Below, in pieces: positions 59,034-64,000 of a stretch of 64,000 nt of DNA; the first letter of the stretch is position 1; every line of letters begins with the position of its first letter. The position numbers were made by a program, and so were the translations under genes. The notes under the pieces were generated by a model, which was not told where the DNA came from, ran no database searches, and worked only from the letters and a program-made list of their open reading frames with translations. This DNA comes from Pseudomonadota bacterium. GTDB lineage: Bacteria; Pseudomonadota; Alphaproteobacteria; Rhodobacterales; Rhodobacteraceae. The stretch is taken from assembly GCA_039030635.1 (NCBI GenBank), contig JBCCDT010000004.1, forward strand, positions 862 to 64,861, written 5' to 3'.

Positions 59034-60413
59034 ATGTCCCAACCCGCCTTTGCCGCCCTGACTTCTGAGATTGCCGCGCTGCGTGGGCGCCACCGGGTCG
59101 GACGTGTTGCCGCCGTTGAAGGCGGCGTTGTGCGCATATCGGGCCTGTCGAACAGTGCGCGGCTGGGCGATCGGTTGCGCATCCTGCGGGATGGGCATGC
59201 GCCTCTCATGGGCGAGGTTCTGCAACTCTCTGAGGGGCACATCACCATGCTGCCCGAGGAGGCGCCGGTCGGCATCGCTCTGGGTCAACGGGCCCAGCTC
59301 AGCCCCCCGGTTGAGATCGCGCCAGATTGGTCCTGGCTGGGGCGCGTGATCGATCCCTTTGGTCAGCCGATGGATGGCCGCCCCCTTATGCGCGGCCCGC
59401 AGGCGCAGGCCATGACAGCGCCCCCGCCCCCCGCGGCGCAACGGCGCGCCTTGGGGGATAGGTTGGAGACCGGCATGTGCATCTTCAACACGCTTTTGCC
59501 CATTGTGCGCGGTCAGCGTATCGGGCTTTTCGCCGGGTCCGGGGTCGGAAAATCCAATCTTCTTGGTCACTTAGGGCGTCGGATGCAGGCCGATCTCGTC
59601 GTCTTTGCCCTGATTGGAGAGCGGGGTCGAGAGCTGCGCGATTTCATTGAAAACACGCTCGGGCCTGAGGGGATGAAACGTTCAATCATCGTGGCGGCGA
59701 CCTCGGATCGGTCTCCGCTCATCCGCCGCCGTTGTGCCTGGACCGCGATGAGCATCGCAGAGCATTTTCGCGACCAAGGGCAGCATGTTCTTTTCCTCGC
59801 CGATTCGGTCACCCGATTTGCCGAGGCGCACCGAGAGATTGCCACCGCAGCGGGCGAGCTTCCGGCGCTGCGCGGATACCCCTCGTCGATGGCGCATCTG
59901 ATCATGTCTTTGTGTGAGCGGGCCGGCCCCGGCATGGCGGGCGCGGGCGATATCACGGCGCTCTTCAGTGTGCTGGTCGCGGGCTCCGATATGGATGAAC
60001 CGGTGGCCGATGTGCTGCGCGGCGTGCTCGATGGTCACGTGGTCATGGATCGCGCCATTGCAGAGCGTGGGCGCTATCCCGCGATTGATGTTTTGCGGTC
60101 CGTGTCGCGCAGTCTGCCGCGCGCGGCCAGCCTTCCGGAAAATGAGATGATTCTGCGCACGCGCCGGCTTTTGGGCACTTACGCGCGCTCGGAAACCATG
60201 GTTCGGGCGGGGCTCTACACCGATGGCACCGATCCGGAACTCGATCAGGCGCTCAAAGTGTGGCCTGAGTTGGATGCTTTTATCGGGGAAAATGAACAGG
60301 CCAATGTTGAAAACAGCTTCAACAAATTGGCCTTGATCCTGCGCCGGGCGGGCCAATCCGCAAAACCCGTGGCCGTCCCGTCACGCCCGCCGGGTCCGGT
60401 CAAGACACCCTGA
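59034..60413 (+). CDS. fliI: Flagellum-specific ATPase
   Basis: GLFAGSGVGKS, GERGRE, DSVTRFA, YPAIDVLRSVSR. Confidence 0.96.
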   Translation: MSQPAFAALTSEIAALRGRHRVGRVAAVEGGVVRISGLSNSARLGDRLRILRDGHAPLMGEVLQLSEGHITMLPEEAPVGIALGQRAQLSPPVEIAPDWSWLGRVIDPFGQPMDGRPLMRGPQAQAMTAPPPPAAQRRALGDRLETGMCIFNTLLPIVRGQRIGLFAGSGVGKSNLLGHLGRRMQADLVVFALIGERGRELRDFIENTLGPEGMKRSIIVAATSDRSPLIRRRCAWTAMSIAEHFRDQGQHVLFLADSVTRFAEAHREIATAAGELPALRGYPSSMAHLIMSLCERAGPGMAGAGDITALFSVLVAGSDMDEPVADVLRGVLDGHVVMDRAIAERGRYPAIDVLRSVSRSLPRAASLPENEMILRTRRLLGTYARSETMVRAGLYTDGTDPELDQALKVWPELDAFIGENEQANVENSFNKLALILRRAGQSAKPVAVPSRPPGPVKTP

Positions 60414-60494
60414 CCTTGGCGCGATGAAAGGCTCCGCGCCCTGATTTATTGGGCCCAACGCCACAGTCACGCCCCGGCCCGTGGTCATCCGGGC

Positions 60495-61283
60495 TTAGCT
60501 TTGAAGCAAGGTCAACGCGATCGATTGGGCCGACAGGCTGGTGATCCCGGCGACCTGTTCGCGCAGCAGATAACCCTGCACCAGATCTTCGCGAATGGCT
60601 TCATCTGCGAAATCAGAAAAATCTTCGACACCCAACACACGCTCCGCCCGATCCTTGAACTCATCCAGCTGACGTTCAATATCAAGCTGGCCAAAGCTGG
60701 TCGGCAGGTTAAACGCCCGTTCAAACACTTCGCGCAAAGGCGGCGTGCCGAGCACCCGGAACCACAACGTGTCATTCGTGGCGTCATCGGCCGCCATATC
60801 GGCCAATTCCCGCGTGGCGTTCAGCGCAAGGCGCAAGGATTGGTCCTGATCTCCGACGGCGGATTCGAAACTACGGACGCGAAATTGCTCCGCGATCCGT
60901 TCGCCAAAGCCAAAGTCGCCCGTGTTCGTGCCAAAGAGCGCGTTGCCAAATCCAAAGGTCTCCGACAGGCGCGCGTAGCGATCATCAGCCAGACGATTGG
61001 CCAGCGATGCCGGATCCGCCGTGCCGTCTTCCAACACCTTCTGGATCAGGGCGCGGCTGTTGATGTCGTCTTCGAGGCCAAACGCGCCCAATGCCACGGA
61101 CAAAAGACGCCGGTCCGCCACCAGCTCCTCCGCCGTGCGCACCGATGCGATGTTTTCCACAAAATAATCGGTGTCGCGGACAATCTGCGGCGACGCGTTG
61201 AACGCCTCGGACTGGCTCTCGAACGTGCGGTTCAGCAGCGCCCAACCCGGCAGCCCGGACAGAGGGAGAACCGGTTGAAACAT
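60495..61283 (-). CDS. DUF1217-family flagellar protein
   Basis: RLLSVALGAFGLE, ANRLADDRY, LREVFERAFNLP; sits downstream of flbT. Confidence 0.8.
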   Translation of the reverse strand: MFQPVLPLSGLPGWALLNRTFESQSEAFNASPQIVRDTDYFVENIASVRTAEELVADRRLLSVALGAFGLEDDINSRALIQKVLEDGTADPASLANRLADDRYARLSETFGFGNALFGTNTGDFGFGERIAEQFRVRSFESAVGDQDQSLRLALNATRELADMAADDATNDTLWFRVLGTPPLREVFERAFNLPTSFGQLDIERQLDEFKDRAERVLGVEDFSDFADEAIREDLVQGYLLREQVAGITSLSAQSIALTLLQS

Positions 61284-61687
61284 CAGCTGCCGCTATGGGC
61301 AAACAGGCGGTCCTCCCGGGGGAGGAGCGTCCGCAATGCCTTCAAGGATTGGTAGAAATTGTCGCTCAGCACGGCCTCCGTGGCGCGGGCCAGATTGGCT
61401 CGGCTGTCGGAATCGGTGAACACTTGGCTCAGCTCTTCGATCCGGCGCAAAAGTTGAAATTTCGCGTCTTCCGGGGCATGATCGCCGGTCAGAACCAACT
61501 GCGTGGCATAGCACGCGCGACGCACCGGCGTATTGGCGGTTTCCGGGTGGATTGCATCGCGCAAACGCAGGATGTTGGCATTGGGCGACAGGATCGTCAG
61601 ACGCGAGCGTCGATCGCCGTTTTCGACCACCGCTTGGTTGATCAGAACCCGCTCTTTCGGGCCCAGTTTGAGGATAAGACCGCTCAT
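61283..61687 (-). CDS. flbT: Flagellin translational regulator FlbT
   Basis: MSGLILKLGPKERVLINQAVVENGDR, ANTPVRR, YQSLKALR. Confidence 0.92.
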   Translation of the reverse strand: MSGLILKLGPKERVLINQAVVENGDRRSRLTILSPNANILRLRDAIHPETANTPVRRACYATQLVLTGDHAPEDAKFQLLRRIEELSQVFTDSDSRANLARATEAVLSDNFYQSLKALRTLLPREDRLFAHSGS

Positions 61688-62130
61688 GATGCGATACCCT
61701 TCTCTTGTGTGCCTTGCCCGCTCAACCCGCGCATGACGGCGATGTTGATCTCCAACAGCGGGACGACAGAGGCCTTTGATTTCAACACTTTGGCCGTGTG
61801 CTGGCGTGTGAACTCGGCCAGAAACAGGATCCGAACCCGCAGGTCCTTGGGCAATCCATTGTCGCTGTCGGCCACGTCTGAGGCCAGCAGCGTCCAAAGC
61901 CGCCGGTTTTCGTGCAAGGCCGAGGTCAACTCGCCAAAATGGGCGGAGACCTGAACATGTGCTTTGCTCTGGGTTTGCAATTCTCGGCGTTTGGACTGGG
62001 CGAGCTTGGTCGCGACGGCCTTCAGACGGCTGGTGGCACGGGCAAAAGCCTCGTACTCGATGCCGCGTGGCGTCTGGACGGATCGGGTACCGGAGCCATA
62101 CGCGGTTTGCGCGAGGTGCGTGGCGTTCAC
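61684..62130 (-). CDS. flaF: Flagellin regulator FlaF
   Basis: TPRGIEYEAF, ALHENRRLW, NGLPKDLR, LLEINIAVMRGL; GTG 62130. Confidence 0.92.
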   Translation of the reverse strand: MNATHLAQTAYGSGTRSVQTPRGIEYEAFARATSRLKAVATKLAQSKRRELQTQSKAHVQVSAHFGELTSALHENRRLWTLLASDVADSDNGLPKDLRVRILFLAEFTRQHTAKVLKSKASVVPLLEINIAVMRGLSGQGTQEKGIAS

Positions 62131-62219
62131 GGTGTGTCCTTTCGGGGTTGGAACGGGATTGTGGGGAATGCCTGGGGCGTGAAAGGTCACGCCCCAAGTT
62201 CTTGTTTATACTGCTCGAA

Positions 62220-63548
62220 TTACCGGAACAGAGACAGGATCGTCTGCGGTGCCTGGTTGGCGATCGACAGCGACTGTACCGCCAGCTGCTGCTGAACCTG
62301 CAGGGCCTGCAAACGGGCAGATGCCTCTTCCATATTGGCATCAACCAGCGTGCCGATACCGGAGGTCAGGCTGTCCGTCAGGTTCGAGATGAACTGAGAC
62401 TGTGTCTCAATCCGGCCTTGGTCGGAACCAAAGGACGAGGCGGCATTGATGGCCTGATCGATCAGACCGTCAATCGCCGTCAGGGCGCTCGTGGCACCGG
62501 CGTCAGACGTCACGTCAATGGTCTGCACCGCACCAAGACCACCTGTGGACGTATCGGTGCCTGGGGTACCACCGGTCTGAACCCGCGCGAACATCGAGAT
62601 GTTGTCGTTCGTAGTCGTGGAATCACCGTTGGTGATGGTGAACGTGTTGTCCGTCTGGGTCACGCTATAGGCATTCGCCCCATCGGTGGCAGCACCGAAG
62701 AACGAGTTGATCTGGTCCGCAAGATTACGAGCCACATCTGCGGTACCATCCGTGGCAGTCGCCACATATTCGAAGGTCCGCTGCGCCTGAGCCGAGCCAC
62801 CGCCGGCGACATTCACAGTCACATCGTCAAGGATCAGCTGATAGCTGTAGCCCTCGGCGACCTGACCAACAGTGAAGGTCACGTCAGTGTCGTTGGCCAC
62901 GTCTTCTGTTCCGTTTGTGCCGTCATAGGCCGTGTCGTCCGCGATGGTGTCCGCGCCTGCGCCCTGGAAGATTGCACTGGCTGCTGCCACGTTCGCCAGG
63001 TCGGTCGGGCCGAAAGTCTGTGCCTCAACCGGTGTCGTGACGGACAGGTTCTGGCGGTCGACGGAGATCGAAGAGCTTGTCACGTTGCCGCTGTTGTCGC
63101 GATCAAGCGACGACAGAACGGTCATCGCCTCAGAGGTTGACCCGTCGATCAGGTTGAGGCCGTTGAACTGCGCCGCACCCACAACCGAGTTGATCTGCGC
63201 CTCAAGCGCATCAATGTCGGACTGAATCGCGTCACGGTCCACGTTTTCTTCCTGAGCCGCAACAATCCGGCCTTTCATTTCAACCAACAGATCGGTCACC
63301 GTTTCAGACGCCTGACGCGCCACGGCCACGGTGGACTGACCCAGGCCGAGGCTTTCGGAGATCGCTTTGAAGCCCTGGACATCGGATTCCATGGTCTTGG
63401 AGATCGCAAAGATCGCCGAGTTGTCCTTGGCGTTCGAGACCTTCTTACCGGTCGAAATCATCTCCTGGGTTTCGGCCAGGTTCATGTTGATGGATTTCAG
63501 TGTTTGCAGCGCAACCATCGCGCTGTTGTTTGTCAGAATACTAGACAT
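62220..63548 (-). CDS. fliC: Flagellin
   Basis: MSSILTNNSAMVALQTL, STGKKVSNAKDN, LVDANMEEASARLQALQVQQQL, C-terminal ILSLFR. Confidence 0.97.
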   Translation of the reverse strand: MSSILTNNSAMVALQTLKSINMNLAETQEMISTGKKVSNAKDNSAIFAISKTMESDVQGFKAISESLGLGQSTVAVARQASETVTDLLVEMKGRIVAAQEENVDRDAIQSDIDALEAQINSVVGAAQFNGLNLIDGSTSEAMTVLSSLDRDNSGNVTSSSISVDRQNLSVTTPVEAQTFGPTDLANVAAASAIFQGAGADTIADDTAYDGTNGTEDVANDTDVTFTVGQVAEGYSYQLILDDVTVNVAGGGSAQAQRTFEYVATATDGTADVARNLADQINSFFGAATDGANAYSVTQTDNTFTITNGDSTTTNDNISMFARVQTGGTPGTDTSTGGLGAVQTIDVTSDAGATSALTAIDGLIDQAINAASSFGSDQGRIETQSQFISNLTDSLTSGIGTLVDANMEEASARLQALQVQQQLAVQSLSIANQAPQTILSLFR

Positions 63549-63704
63549 TGCATTTCCCTATAGCTCTGGCGCTTTTGCGCCGATAAGTTTGACGCCCCGT
63601 GATGAGGCGATACCGAAGCTGTCGTTCTGACAAGTACGGCGGCGGATAGAACCTTCCGTGCCACCCGAGGTCCGAGTGCTGCAGGCAACATGGCGCGCAA
63701 GATG

Positions 63705-63719
63705 CTAATGCAATGCTAA
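63705..63719. promoter_or_regulatory. Weak CtrA-like box upstream of flagellin
   Basis: Minus strand TTAG-N7-TTAG (two mismatches). Confidence 0.35.
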
Positions 63720-63945
63720 ATTCGATGGCGGAGATGTTCGGGATTTGACTTAAATACCCGCGCCTTTCCGTGGCGCTGCAGGCGGCCCCTTTTGTCGGGC
63801 TGTCTCTATATATAGAGCCGCTGGGCTCAGAGCTGCCGTGGGGGCCGGATGGCTATGGCGAATTGCCGCGGATCGCTGCATTTCGACCTAAATTCTTGGG
63901 GCTTTCGCACAGCCATAACCGACCATGCGCCGCGCCTCCGGGGCG

Positions 63946-64000
63946 TCAAGCGCGCTTTTCGACGTGGCGCACAACCTCACCTTCAATGGTTTTGCGTTGG
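63946..64000 (-). CDS. C-terminal end of a probable FlgN-like protein (truncated by the window)
   Basis: Reads ...QRKTIEGEVVRHVEKRA*, upstream of flagellin as expected in fla1 clusters. Confidence 0.45.
   Translation of the reverse strand, partial: QRKTIEGEVVRHVEKRA

Noticed and set aside
61688-62344. 353-aa version of FlbT
   Set aside because: The extra part overlaps flaF and flagellin in other frames; ATG 61687 gives a typical FlbT.
33733-64000. Defective flagellum because fliG, fliM, flgD, fliK and flgJ are missing
   Set aside because: In roseobacter fla1 systems these lie beyond flagellin or elsewhere on the chromosome; the window cuts the cluster. All genes seen are intact.

Overview
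A 64-kb chromosomal window from a Roseobacter-group alphaproteobacterium (Rhodobacteraceae/Roseobacteraceae). It has five parts. (1) Replication core: gyrB (5' part), recF, dnaN, dnaA, rpsT, then a GcvA-type LysR paired with an alpha-methylserine-aldolase-like PLP enzyme, pyrF and clpB. (2) A ~3.1-kb lower-GC, repeat-rich island at 11.7-14.9 kb, carrying an adenylate cyclase and an isatin-hydrolase-like cyclase. (3) A methyltransferase / esterase / glycosyltransferase-sulfotransferase-like operon and a LamG-Hint protein. (4) A marine-osmolyte cluster: LysR, tmoXWV, cupin, tdm, GNAT, dddL, followed by two SDRs, a RecD-like helicase and a LuxI with no adjacent LuxR. (5) The roseobacter fla1-type flagellar cluster from motB to flagellin (33.7-64 kb). 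I found no rRNA, tRNA, CRISPR array, intact transposase or integrase. The best candidates for undescribed biology are the coupling of TMAO uptake and demethylation with a cupin, a GNAT and the DMSP lyase DddL; the cassette-like island with twin 142-bp inverted-repeat-bounded elements; and a highly structured, terminator-ended RNA plus an RBS-sequestering hairpin in front of the solo luxI. All protein calls come from motif recognition by eye and recalled family sequences; no database search was run.
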